The notes: a model not told the origin generated them from the sequence alone. A stretch of DNA of 64,000 bases from Patescibacteria group bacterium (GCA_041662665.1 JBAZSC010000001.1:193511-257510), one strand, 5' to 3'; shown: positions 44,821 to 54,939, counted from the first letter of the stretch. A program made the numbers and translations.

Positions 44821-45771
44821 ATGATAACCCTTAAAGAATTAGTAAAAAAACCAAATTATTTAGAATCCGGTCACGGCACTTGTCGCGGTTGTACTGCTAT
44901 TCCTCAAATCGTTAGAACAATTCTCAAAGCATCAGACAAGCCAGTCATCGTTGCTAATGCTACAGGTTGCATGGAAGTCACAACAACAATCTATCCGACA
45001 ACTTCTTGGAAAGTTCCTTGGATTCATTCTACTTTTGAGGCAGTTGGCGCATTGGTCTCTGGTGTTGAAACTGCTCACAGAGCTTTAGCCAATAAAACAA
45101 TTCAAGATGCAAATGGCAAAGAAATAAAAATTGAGGATTGCAATTTTGTCGCTTTTGCTGGAGACGGAGGTTCATATGATATCGGTTTGCAAGCTTTATC
45201 TGGTATGTTAGAAAGAGGCCATAATTGTCTTTTTGTTTGTTATGATAATGAAGCTTATATGAACACTGGAATTCAAAGATCTGGAGCTACTCCTTTTGGC
45301 GCTGAAACTTCAACAACACCAGACGGAAAAAAACATCATGGCAAAGAAGAAAAAAGAAAAAATTTAACAAAAATTGCTATTGCTCATGATATTCCATATG
45401 TTGCCCAATCATCTGTTTCTCATTGGCAAGATTTATACGAAAAAGCGCATAAAGCTTTCGAAATAAAAGGTCCAAAATTTATGAATGTCATTGCTCCTTG
45501 CACAGTTGGCTGGAAATTTAATGAAAATTTAGGCATTGAAATTTCTCGTCTTGCAGTTGAAACAAATTTTTGGCCTCTTTACGAAGTTGAAAATGGAAAA
45601 TACAAAATTAATTACAAACCAGAAAAAAGAAAATCAATTGAAGAATTTTTAAAACCGCAAAAACGTTTCGCACACTTGTTCGAAGCAGGCAATCGTAATC
45701 TAATTGTTAAAATACAGAAAGATGTTGATCAGGAGTGGGAAAAGCTGGTAAAAAACACCAAAACACTCTAA
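44821..45771 (+). CDS. porB: Pyruvate/2-oxoacid:ferredoxin oxidoreductase beta subunit
   Basis: GHGTCRGC, ATGCMEV, GDGG...DNEAYMNTGIQRS TPP motif. Confidence 0.93.
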   Translation: MITLKELVKKPNYLESGHGTCRGCTAIPQIVRTILKASDKPVIVANATGCMEVTTTIYPTTSWKVPWIHSTFEAVGALVSGVETAHRALANKTIQDANGKEIKIEDCNFVAFAGDGGSYDIGLQALSGMLERGHNCLFVCYDNEAYMNTGIQRSGATPFGAETSTTPDGKKHHGKEEKRKNLTKIAIAHDIPYVAQSSVSHWQDLYEKAHKAFEIKGPKFMNVIAPCTVGWKFNENLGIEISRLAVETNFWPLYEVENGKYKINYKPEKRKSIEEFLKPQKRFAHLFEAGNRNLIVKIQKDVDQEWEKLVKNTKTL

Positions 45772-46323
45772 CACTCCAACACTTTTTTAAAAACACTAAA
45801 ACATTAAATTTTTGTGTGTTCAAGTGTTCGAGTGTTTAAGTGTTCATCTCAACGTCATGACAAAATTCCAAGAAAAACTGAAATTAAAAATGGATGAGTA
45901 TGTGCATTTCGTTTATCTTGTAACAAAAAAGTTTCCAAGAGATGAATTATATGGAGTTACATCACAAATTCGTCGAGCTAGCCTTTCTGTAATACTCAAC
46001 TATCTCGAAGGCTATGCTAGAAGAAGACCGGCTGTTCAGTTGAATTTTTTTGAAACCTCATATGGTTCATTGAAAGAATCAAAATATTTGTTGCATTTTT
46101 CGATGAAAGAAAAATATTTATCAATAGAGGATTATAAGCATGCTATCAAATTAGCAGAAGAAATTGGTGCAATGCTTTGGTCTGAAATAAAATCATTAGA
46201 CAATAAGACGCAAAAACACCCTAAAACTTTAACAAAGAAACACTCGAATACTAAAACACTCAAATAGGTCACTACATATGTATTTTTTTTCGAGTGTTTA
46301 AGTGTTCTAGTGTTTCAGTGTTT
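45753..46323 (+). mobile_element. Filled element: four-helix-bundle gene flanked by two complete AACACT/AGTGTT palindromes
   Basis: X arm 45753-45806, Y arm 45813-45845, gene, X arm 46214-46263, Y arm 46289-46323; mobility is inferred. Confidence 0.6.
45857..46267 (+). CDS. Four helix bundle protein (23S rRNA IVS protein-like family)
   Basis: FPRDELYGVTSQIRRASLSVILNYLEG, SYGSLKE; ATG 45857; tail encoded by the repeat arm. Confidence 0.9.
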   Translation: MTKFQEKLKLKMDEYVHFVYLVTKKFPRDELYGVTSQIRRASLSVILNYLEGYARRRPAVQLNFFETSYGSLKESKYLLHFSMKEKYLSIEDYKHAIKLAEEIGAMLWSEIKSLDNKTQKHPKTLTKKHSNTKTLK

Positions 46324-46335
46324 AATAACACATCC

Positions 46336-46980
46336 ATGCAAAACAAAACAAAAAATTTAGAAAAGCAGAATAAGCAACATAATACTACGCTAATCATCAG
46401 CCTCAGTATTTTTGTTGGGCTTTTGATTTTCATTTTAATTATTTCAAGTGCTTCATTCTTATTTATAAAATATTTTAACAATCAAAAATCAAAATCATTT
46501 TCTAATGCCAAAAAATGGCAATTGGCTTTAGATGGCTTAGAAGAAGAACCAATAGTTACAGTTCCAACCGAAGATCAAGATGAAAGAAAGCAAAATACTG
46601 GAACGATCGGTCAAACTATTTCAAACGAAATTTTAGATTTGCAAATTAATTCAAATAAAAAAATAAATCTAAAATCTAGCCAGCCAGCAAAAGATAATGA
46701 TTTTTATAAAATAGATTTTTCTCTAAAAAATAATACTGCTGATGATCAAAAAATATCAATTTTATATTTTAGCTCCGAAGATCCAGATGATGGCGAATTT
46801 TCTTTAGTCATTCCAAGTCAAAATGATAATCAGTCAGTATTTGAAGAAGAAATCTCGCTTTCTCCTGGCCAAAAGAAGAGTGGCAGTCTAATTTTCGAAG
46901 TCAATAAAAATGTCCCCAACATTGATTTTATTTATGATGATAATACAAATACAAAAATCTTAATAAAATTAGAAAAATAG
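46336..46980 (+). CDS. Membrane-anchored DUF4352-like (Ig-fold) protein
   Basis: N-terminal TM; LSPGQKKSGSLIFEV; ATG at 46336. Confidence 0.65.
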   Translation: MQNKTKNLEKQNKQHNTTLIISLSIFVGLLIFILIISSASFLFIKYFNNQKSKSFSNAKKWQLALDGLEEEPIVTVPTEDQDERKQNTGTIGQTISNEILDLQINSNKKINLKSSQPAKDNDFYKIDFSLKNNTADDQKISILYFSSEDPDDGEFSLVIPSQNDNQSVFEEEISLSPGQKKSGSLIFEVNKNVPNIDFIYDDNTNTKILIKLEK

Positions 46981-47086
46981 AAAGTGTTTATAACTTATTG
47001 CTTTTACCTTGAATCTTGTACTTCAATATAAAAGAAAATTGTGTTATAATAAAATAGTCAAATTTAGATATAACAAAAACAACAAT

Positions 47087-47611
47087 ATGAAAAGAATAAC
47101 TGCCTTTTTGGTAATTGTCGGCTTATTTTTTAGCATTTCAAATTGTTTTGCAACAAAAATAAATTATCAAGATTCTGGTCTAGGAATCTCAATTTTGCTT
47201 CCCTCAACTTGGACTCTCACTTCCAGCAAGGGAAGCCGTTTTTTTTATGGTAAGAACATAATTCTATTTAGCATTCAAAAAGCTGGTGTTTCAACTTCTG
47301 AGATAAATAGTTGGAAGAAAAATCATCTGGGATTAGCAAACAGTTTTGCAATTGAGTATGCAAAAGGTTTTTCTCAAGGTGTTACATCTATACATCCAAC
47401 TAGAGTAAAGAACTATACAAAATTACCTTACAAAGCAGCAAAAGTTATCTACAAAGGACATTCAGGCAATACAAAAATTAAAACAGCCCAAATAATTATA
47501 ATAAAAAATAAAAAACTTTATCTATTAACAGGTTTTGCAAAATTAAAGAAATTCGATGAATCAAATACAAAATATTTTGCACCGGTTTTTCAATCATTCA
47601 GATTGTTATAA
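47087..47611 (+). CDS. Secreted basic protein, PsbP-like fold possible
   Basis: Signal peptide from ATG 47087; SILLPSTW ... FQSFRL. Confidence 0.55.
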   Translation: MKRITAFLVIVGLFFSISNCFATKINYQDSGLGISILLPSTWTLTSSKGSRFFYGKNIILFSIQKAGVSTSEINSWKKNHLGLANSFAIEYAKGFSQGVTSIHPTRVKNYTKLPYKAAKVIYKGHSGNTKIKTAQIIIIKNKKLYLLTGFAKLKKFDESNTKYFAPVFQSFRLL

Positions 47612-47626
47612 AAATAAAAAAATAGC

Positions 47627-48361
47627 ATGAACAATATTTCATTTCAATCCCAATATATTTTTAGTAAAAAAAGATTCTTTTATTTTTTGGCAATTATTGG
47701 AATGTTGATCTTTTCAGCCTACGCTTTCATTAATCTTTATCTAAAAGATTTTAGCACTGCAATCTTAGAATTCGTCTTTGTTGTGATGCTTTTAGCAGCA
47801 ATAATCTTAATTAATTTTCCAAAATATTGGAATACTGCATTATTTTTAGGCTCTTTAACTATTACATTCATTTCAATTCATAATTACTCAACAGGCGGAT
47901 TTGATTCTACAGGCTTGTACTGGGTTTATATGTTTCCACCAATTATCTTTATGGTTCAAGGTTATAAAAAAGGACTATATTGGTCAATCATCTTTTATGC
48001 AATTCTTTTAATTATCTTTTTCCTTCATCTTTCAAATGTTAGCTTGCCAAAATATTTTAGTTTCCCTTATTCAACATATACTTTGATAATTTTTTTAATT
48101 TCTTTAGCAATTATTCTTATCCTATTCTGCATTTATCAGCGTGAGCAAGAACGTTTCCAAAAATTATTAAATGTTCAAATAGAACAAAACAAAAAAGTAA
48201 GTGAAAACCTTAGAAAATCTCTTTTTGCGAGAGACGAAAGTTTTAAAAAAACTGAAGAAAAAACCAATGAACTAGAAACATTAAACAGTCTAATGATTGG
48301 CAGAGAGCTAAAAATAATAGAATTGAAAAACAAAATAAAAGAATTAGAAGAAAATAAATAA
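47627..48361 (+). CDS. Multi-TM sensor-like protein ending in a RELK coiled coil, no output domain
   Basis: About six TMs with GG...G.YW..P motif; C-terminal NSLMIGRELKIIELK. Confidence 0.7.
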   Translation: MNNISFQSQYIFSKKRFFYFLAIIGMLIFSAYAFINLYLKDFSTAILEFVFVVMLLAAIILINFPKYWNTALFLGSLTITFISIHNYSTGGFDSTGLYWVYMFPPIIFMVQGYKKGLYWSIIFYAILLIIFFLHLSNVSLPKYFSFPYSTYTLIIFLISLAIILILFCIYQREQERFQKLLNVQIEQNKKVSENLRKSLFARDESFKKTEEKTNELETLNSLMIGRELKIIELKNKIKELEENK

Positions 48362-48390
48362 AATAAGTTTTATATTTTCTAGAAAAAAAT

Positions 48391-51069
48391 ATGAGCATAA
48401 TACATAATGATACAATTTACCATCAAGCTTTTAACGCCAGTACTGATATTCTGGTTATCTTAGATTTAAAAGGAAATATCACTGATATAAATAATAGAAT
48501 ATTAAGTGTTGATGGCTATACAAAAGAAGAATTAATTGGAAAAAATATTGGATCTCTGGCAGGAATTTTTACTGTCAAAAGCGTTTCCATGATGCTTAAA
48601 AATTTTGCTTTAAGAATGTCTGGAGCTGAAGTTAAACCTTATCAAGTAGAAGCAATAACAAAAAAAGATAAACATATATTCTATGAAATTTGTGCATCAT
48701 CTATTATTGATGAAAACAAAAAAAGAGTTGGTGAAATTGTATCCCTTCATGAAATCACTGATCTCATAAAAAAAGAAAAGGAAATTAATATTTCCAAAGA
48801 ATACTACAAGACATTAATTGATACTGCACCTGATGGAGTGATTATCACTGATTCGAAAGGCAAAATTCAGGAAACTAACAAAAGGATTCTAGAGCAATTT
48901 GGTTATTTGAAAGAAGAATTAATTAATAATAATATTTGTTCTTTGATTTGTGAGTCAAACAGAAATACAAATATTTGTAATTATATTTTCGAAGATAAAA
49001 TTACGAGTCGAATCAAAATCAAATTTAATAGAAAAGACAATACAACTTTTATCGGCCAAGTAAGCTCCTCAAAAATCAGCTATTTGCGCGACGTTATCAT
49101 AATTACTATTCGCGATGTTACAAAAGAAGAAAATATGGAGGTTTCGCTTTATTCATTGAATCGCGCCTTAAAAGCTATTTCAAGTTGTAATCTGGCTTTA
49201 TTAAAAGAAAAAGATGAACGGAAATTACTTAAAACCATCTGCAAAATAATTTGCGAACAAGCAGGCTATCGTCTCGCATGGGTAGGATATGCCGAAAATG
49301 ATAAGGAAAAAACTATACGTCCAGTAGCTTGGGCAGGGTTTGAAAGCGAATATATTGAAAATGCTAAACTCAGCTGGTCGGAAAAAGCAGAACGTGGTCG
49401 CGGACCTGCTGGCATTGCTATCCGCAGTGGAGAAACTGTCTATGTCCAAGATTTTGAAATTGACAAGCTTATGACTCCATGGCGAAAAGCTGCATTACAA
49501 CGCGGATATCGATCTGGTATTGCTATTCCATTAAAGAACGGAAAAGAAAAAGTATTTGGCGCTCTTTTAATATATTCAACGAAAGCATATGCTATTAATC
49601 CCGAAGAAATTAAATTAATGGAAGAGCTATCTCGTGATATGTCATTTGGCATAAGTGTCCTTCGTATTCGCGCAGAGCGCGAAAAGAATATCTTGTCCGT
49701 TATTGAAAGCCGAAAAAGATATTCAAAACTTTTCGAGAGTATTAAAAACGCTGTTGCAATTTATACTGTAAAAAATAATGGACAAGATGTAATAATCAAA
49801 AGTTTAAATCCAGCAGCTGAAAAAATTGAAAAAATTAAAAAAGAAGAAGCTATTGGCAAAGATGTAACAAATGTTTTTCCAGGCGTTGAAAAATTTGGCA
49901 TACTTGAAGTTTTTAAAAGAGTATGGAAAACAGGTAAGCCCGAACATTTTCCATTAGGTCAGTATAAGGATAAGAGAATTATTGGTTGGCGAGATAATTA
50001 TATCTACAAAATAAGTAATGATGAAATTGTTGCCGTCTATGAAGACAAAACAAAAGAAAAACAAGATGAAGAAAAATTGAAGAATCAATCCAAATTTCTT
50101 CAAGAATTAATAAATCAATCTCCGTTACCAACTTTTATTCTCGATTCTTTGGGAAAATATGTTATGGCAAATAAAGCAATGCTGCAACTTTATCAAATTC
50201 CTTCCAAAGCAACAATTTATAGGACAGATTTTTTCAAGAATCCTACTAATATCAAACAAGGCACAATAAAATATGTCAAAGAAGCATTGCAAGGAAAAAT
50301 TGTCGAGACTCCGCCAATCGAATTTATTTCTGCTGATAAAGTAAAAACTATTACCAAAAGCAAAATTTTTCCAATTTTCAATACGGAAGGCAAGGTTACA
50401 AATATTGTAATTATTCAACAAGATGTTAGCAGTTTTGTAAAAAAAGAAGAAAAATTAGGAAAAATTAATGATCTTTTTGCGCAAATTTTAAGAACAGAAA
50501 AAATGCAACAGGTTTATGATCTAATTCAAAATTTTGCTGTAAGTTATTTGCAATCAGAATTCGGTTTTATTGGTATTAAGACAGAAGAAGATTGGATGCA
50601 AATCGTATCAATTAGTCGTCCAGGTTGGGAAAAATGCAATATGAAAGTCAAAGATATGATTTTCAAAGATTTAAAAAATACTTTTGGTGCAATTATTACG
50701 GAAGGCAAACCGATTCTATCAAACAATCCGCTTAAACATCCAAAAAGCAAAGGCAAATTACCACAAGGTCATCCGCCTATATCAAGCTTTTTAGGAGTGC
50801 CAATCAATATTGCAGGTAAAACAATTGGAAATATCTGTGTCGCCAACAAAAAAGGTGGTTACAAAGATTATGATTTGCAATTGCTTGAAAATTTAAGCTT
50901 CAATATCGGTGGCCTTTTGGAGTTATACAAAACTCGAGACAGTCTCGATACACGAAACAAAGAACTGGAAAGATTCAATAACCTTATGATAGGTAGAGAA
51001 TTAAAAATGATTGAACTAAAAGAAAAAATAAAAAAAATGGAAAAAGAACAGCAAGGAAGAATAATCTGA
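48391..51069 (+). CDS. Cytoplasmic multi-PAS/GAF sensor protein with no kinase or cyclase domain
   Basis: Four PAS-like and two GAF domains (AWVG...GRGPAG...GYRS; HPKS..LPQGHPPI.SFLGVP); ends NNLMIGRELKMIELK. Confidence 0.85.
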   Translation: MSIIHNDTIYHQAFNASTDILVILDLKGNITDINNRILSVDGYTKEELIGKNIGSLAGIFTVKSVSMMLKNFALRMSGAEVKPYQVEAITKKDKHIFYEICASSIIDENKKRVGEIVSLHEITDLIKKEKEINISKEYYKTLIDTAPDGVIITDSKGKIQETNKRILEQFGYLKEELINNNICSLICESNRNTNICNYIFEDKITSRIKIKFNRKDNTTFIGQVSSSKISYLRDVIIITIRDVTKEENMEVSLYSLNRALKAISSCNLALLKEKDERKLLKTICKIICEQAGYRLAWVGYAENDKEKTIRPVAWAGFESEYIENAKLSWSEKAERGRGPAGIAIRSGETVYVQDFEIDKLMTPWRKAALQRGYRSGIAIPLKNGKEKVFGALLIYSTKAYAINPEEIKLMEELSRDMSFGISVLRIRAEREKNILSVIESRKRYSKLFESIKNAVAIYTVKNNGQDVIIKSLNPAAEKIEKIKKEEAIGKDVTNVFPGVEKFGILEVFKRVWKTGKPEHFPLGQYKDKRIIGWRDNYIYKISNDEIVAVYEDKTKEKQDEEKLKNQSKFLQELINQSPLPTFILDSLGKYVMANKAMLQLYQIPSKATIYRTDFFKNPTNIKQGTIKYVKEALQGKIVETPPIEFISADKVKTITKSKIFPIFNTEGKVTNIVIIQQDVSSFVKKEEKLGKINDLFAQILRTEKMQQVYDLIQNFAVSYLQSEFGFIGIKTEEDWMQIVSISRPGWEKCNMKVKDMIFKDLKNTFGAIITEGKPILSNNPLKHPKSKGKLPQGHPPISSFLGVPINIAGKTIGNICVANKKGGYKDYDLQLLENLSFNIGGLLELYKTRDSLDTRNKELERFNNLMIGRELKMIELKEKIKKMEKEQQGRII

Positions 51070-51102
51070 GGGCAATAGCAATATTATAATTAATCTAAAA
51101 AA

Positions 51103-51192
51103 ATGAATAAAGTGATGCTAGATCGAGAAGTAAAAATGGCGGAATTAAAGGAAGAAATAAAAGAATTAGAACAAGAAAATGAAAAAAAGTAA
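51103..51192 (+). other. 29-codon mini-ORF or remnant consisting only of the RELK coil
   Basis: MNKVMLDREVKMAELKEEIKELEQENEKK*; overlaps the next start codon. Confidence 0.55.
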
Positions 51193-52171
51193 CATTATCA
51201 TAATTATCATCGTCGCAATTTTAGTAATCGCAATAGCAGTTGCCAGTTATTTTATTTTTCTAAAACCGAAAGAATCAAAAACAGCCAAAATAGCTTTTGA
51301 TAACTTCGTTGGTCATGCTCAAATCTATGTCGCTTTGGAAAAAGGATACTTCAAAGAAAACGGTGTAAATGTTGAGCCAGTTTTAACAAAAAGTTATCAA
51401 GAGGCTCAAAATCTTTTTATTGATAACAAGGTTGATGGAGTTTTTGAAGTTTTTTCTGATACAGTTCTAAACAGCATTAAAAACTATATTCCTTCAGAAG
51501 TTGTCTTCGTTAATGACGCTTCGATTTCTGCAGATGTCATTATCGCAAAGCCTGATATAAATTCTCTTTCTGATTTAAAAGGCAAGACAATTGGCGTCGA
51601 TGGCATAAATACTTTTTCTCACATTTTTGTGTTATCAGCATTAGAAAAAAATGGATTGCTCGAGAAAGATATTTTCCTGAAAAATATTTCTGCTCCAAAC
51701 GTATTATCAGCTCTCGAAAGCGGAGAGGTTGATGCTGTTCATACCTGGGATCCTATAAAATCTCAAGCTGTAACAAAAGGATATAAAGTAATTGCTCAAG
51801 CCGGAGATACGCCAAATTTAATTACTGATGTGCTTTCTTTTAATGATCAATTTGTAAAAAATAATCCTAAGACAGTACAGGCAATTGTTAAAGCAATGCT
51901 ACAAGCCGAAGAATATACATCACAAAACAAAGAAGAAGCAGCAAAGATCATGGCCAAAGCCGAAGGTACAACAGAACAGGAAATGTTTCAAGGACTTTCT
52001 GGTCTCAATCAATTTAATAAACAAGAAAACATACGACTAATGACTGACAATAATCAAGCTGATTCGCTTTTTACAATTGGTAGAGAAATAATCAACTTTT
52101 ATCAAAATCGCGGAGAAACAGGTCATGTTCCTGATCTCACTCAGATTATTAATCCAAGTTTTTTAAAATAA
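51179..52171 (+). CDS. NitT/TauT (SsuA/NMT1-like) substrate-binding protein
   Basis: YVALEKGYFKENG, DLKGKTIG, GEVDAV.TWDP; N-terminal TM. Confidence 0.88.
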   Translation: MKKSNIIIIIIVAILVIAIAVASYFIFLKPKESKTAKIAFDNFVGHAQIYVALEKGYFKENGVNVEPVLTKSYQEAQNLFIDNKVDGVFEVFSDTVLNSIKNYIPSEVVFVNDASISADVIIAKPDINSLSDLKGKTIGVDGINTFSHIFVLSALEKNGLLEKDIFLKNISAPNVLSALESGEVDAVHTWDPIKSQAVTKGYKVIAQAGDTPNLITDVLSFNDQFVKNNPKTVQAIVKAMLQAEEYTSQNKEEAAKIMAKAEGTTEQEMFQGLSGLNQFNKQENIRLMTDNNQADSLFTIGREIINFYQNRGETGHVPDLTQIINPSFLK

Positions 52172-52177
52172 TCAAAA

Positions 52178-54487
52178 ATGAAAATTAGATCAAAAATTAT
52201 TTTAGCTGTCGGTATTGTAACAGTTTCAATTGTATTAACATACTCAATTTTTTCGATTTTGATAACTAATTCAAGAGTAAGTCGAGAAGTAAAAAGACAG
52301 TTGACTGAAATTGCTGTGGAAAAAATTGATACCTTAGATCGTTTTATGTCAGAAAGGCTATCGGATATTAATATTATTGTTAACGATCCAATGATGAGGT
52401 CAGAGTTGACTTCTTTAGAAGAAAGAATGTTTTACCTGCGCGATTATGAAAAGTACAGCAAGCGTTACGTGTCTATGTCGATTTATGATAATTCCGGTAT
52501 TAAAATTGGTGATACCAGAAGTGTTGGAATCGGTGACAATGAATCGCAAAAAGATTTCGTAAAAAAAGCACTCAATGGGGAGGTTTATTTTGATCCATAT
52601 CCAATTTATTCTGAATACATAAATACCTACACATTCCATTTCTCTGGACCGTTAGTTGATTCATCCGGAAATATTTTTGGTGCTGTTGTCACTCGTTTTC
52701 CTACAACTAAAATCAATGATTTGCTTGCTGTAAACAGCCAGAATCCAGAAACAAATTTTTCCGCAGATTTAATTACTAAAGATGGAATTATAATTTATTC
52801 TAATTACAAACGTGAATCAATCAATAAGCAATTTAGCGATAATTTAAAAGCATTAGATCAATTAAAAAATGATTCAAGCCTCGAAATAGCTACATCAACT
52901 GAAAAAAAGTATGAAGATAAAAATCAAATTTTTGTAGCAGTCAAAGAAAAAGGTTTTTTAGATTATCCTGGTCAAGGTTGGATATTGCTATTGCATTGGG
53001 ACACTTCTGAATTATTGGGCTCTTTATTGAGGAGCATTATTTTAGAGTATGCTTCAATTTCACTTTTTTTCATAATTATTTTATATCCTATCGTCAGATT
53101 TTATGCTAACAGCTTTTCAAAACCTATCCTTGAACTAAATGAAGCAACTAAATATGTTCAAAAAAGAGATTTTGACCATCCAGTAAATATTAAAACAAAA
53201 GACGAAATCGGAATTTTTGGTCAAACTTTTAATTCAATGTTAAGGCAATTAAAGCCATTATATTCAGAAATGGAAAACATGATCAAATCAAAAACAAAAG
53301 AATTATCTGGAAAAGTAGCGCTAATTGAAGAGAAGAATACAGATTTAGTAAATACTAAAAAAGCTACGCTTAATCTTCTAGAGGATATTCAAAATGAGAA
53401 AAACAGCAGCGAGGCAGAAAAAAATAAGATCGAAATTATCTTGAAAAGCATTGGCGATGGAGTATTTGTCATTGATGAGCAAGAAAAAATAATACTTTTT
53501 AATAAAACAGCCGAAGAAATTTCTGGCTTTACTGAACAAGAAGCTTTGGGCAAGCCATACAAAGAAATTTTAAAATTTATCAACGAAAAGAATGGTCATA
53601 TTAATGATGATTTTGTTAAGAACGCATTAAAAAGTGGCTATCTTCAATCTATGTCAAATCACACTATTCTTTATAAAAAGAAAGGCAAAAAAATTCCCGT
53701 TGCTGATAGTTCTGCTCCATTAAAATCAAAAGAAGGAAAAATTATTGGTTGCGTTGTTGTATTCAGAGATGTTACAAGAGAAAGAGAAATAGATAGAATG
53801 AAATCAGAATTTGTTTCTGTTGCTTCTCATCAGCTTAGGACGCCATTGACTTCAATCAAGTGGCTGTTAGAAATGATGCTTGAAGGCGATGTCGGCAAAA
53901 TAACTAAAAAGCAAGAAAAACATCTCAAAGATGTTTTCGCTTCTAACGAAAGAATGATCACCTTAGTCAATGATTTATTGAATGTTTCACGTATTGAAGC
54001 TGGTAAAATAAAAATTGAACCTAAAGAAGTCCAAATTGAAGATGTTTTGTCTCAAATCGTTGAATCATTAAAACCGATGTCACAAAAAAAGAATATAACA
54101 ATGCTCTGCCATCATCCAGAACCAAAATTACCGAAACTTTTTATTGATCCTACAAGAATTGGTGAGGCATTCAAAAATTTAATTAGTAATGCCATAAAAT
54201 ATACTAATGATGGCGGGAAAATAGAATTATCATGCAAAAAAATGGATCATATGGTAGAATTTGCTATTAAAGATAATGGAGTTGGAATTCCAAAAGATCA
54301 GCAAAAAAGAGTCTTTGAAAAATTCTTTAGAGCTGATAATATAATAAGGATGCAGACTGAAGGTACTGGTTTGGGTTTGTATATCACGAAATCAATTATT
54401 GAATCATCAGGTGGAAAAATTAGATTTGAATCGCAAGAAGGAAAGGGAACTACTTTTTATTTTACATTGCCAATCAAAAAAACTTAA
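52178..54487 (+). CDS. Sensor histidine kinase (Cache-HAMP-PAS-HisKA-HATPase)
   Basis: DEIG HAMP motif, SHQLRTPL, NLISNAIKY, DNGVGI, GTGLGL. Confidence 0.95.
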   Translation: MKIRSKIILAVGIVTVSIVLTYSIFSILITNSRVSREVKRQLTEIAVEKIDTLDRFMSERLSDINIIVNDPMMRSELTSLEERMFYLRDYEKYSKRYVSMSIYDNSGIKIGDTRSVGIGDNESQKDFVKKALNGEVYFDPYPIYSEYINTYTFHFSGPLVDSSGNIFGAVVTRFPTTKINDLLAVNSQNPETNFSADLITKDGIIIYSNYKRESINKQFSDNLKALDQLKNDSSLEIATSTEKKYEDKNQIFVAVKEKGFLDYPGQGWILLLHWDTSELLGSLLRSIILEYASISLFFIIILYPIVRFYANSFSKPILELNEATKYVQKRDFDHPVNIKTKDEIGIFGQTFNSMLRQLKPLYSEMENMIKSKTKELSGKVALIEEKNTDLVNTKKATLNLLEDIQNEKNSSEAEKNKIEIILKSIGDGVFVIDEQEKIILFNKTAEEISGFTEQEALGKPYKEILKFINEKNGHINDDFVKNALKSGYLQSMSNHTILYKKKGKKIPVADSSAPLKSKEGKIIGCVVVFRDVTREREIDRMKSEFVSVASHQLRTPLTSIKWLLEMMLEGDVGKITKKQEKHLKDVFASNERMITLVNDLLNVSRIEAGKIKIEPKEVQIEDVLSQIVESLKPMSQKKNITMLCHHPEPKLPKLFIDPTRIGEAFKNLISNAIKYTNDGGKIELSCKKMDHMVEFAIKDNGVGIPKDQQKRVFEKFFRADNIIRMQTEGTGLGLYITKSIIESSGGKIRFESQEGKGTTFYFTLPIKKT

Positions 54488-54561
54488 AATTTCAAACTAA
54501 AAAGTAAAACAACAATTTAAAACCCAAATAACTTTCGTTGATTATTTTTAATTTTAAATAC

Positions 54562-54939
54562 ATGGAAAAAAGCAAAATTTTAATTGTGGAGGACGATCAA
54601 TTTTTAGTAAAAATTTATCAAACAAAATTAGAAAGTGAAGGATTTGATATTGAACTAGCATTAGATGGAGAAGAAGGAATTAAAAAAGCAGCAAAATTTA
54701 TGCCTGAATTAATTCTTCTTGATTTAATTTTGCCGAAAATGAATGGCTTCGAAGTTTTGAAAAAATTAAAATCAGAAGAAAAAACTAAGAATATTCCAGT
54801 TATAATTTTATCCAATCTCGGCCAAGAGAGCGATGTCAAGCAAGGCAAAGAATTAGGAGCAGCTGATTATCTTGTTAAGTCAGATCATTCAATAAATGAG
54901 ATAATTGATAAAATTAAAAAAGAACTCGAAAAGAAATAA
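54562..54939 (+). CDS. Single-domain response regulator
   Basis: VEDD, LLDLILP, LSN, YLVK; ATG at 54562. Confidence 0.92.
   Translation: MEKSKILIVEDDQFLVKIYQTKLESEGFDIELALDGEEGIKKAAKFMPELILLDLILPKMNGFEVLKKLKSEEKTKNIPVIILSNLGQESDVKQGKELGAADYLVKSDHSINEIIDKIKKELEKK

Noticed and set aside
27014-46267. A complete diversity-generating retroelement (Avd-like genes plus target-like genes)
   Set aside because: No reverse transcriptase or template repeat is visible, and the four-helix genes look like the generic IVS-protein type located far from the paralogues.
37801-46267. rRNA genes around the IVS-like proteins
   Set aside because: Flanks are protein-coding genes; there is no rRNA-like sequence in the window.
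22381-47086. N-terminal extensions in the ORF track (22381, 31813, 33370, 43645, 45812, 46294, 47009)
   Set aside because: They run through repeat arms or promoter DNA; downstream ATGs match family starts better.
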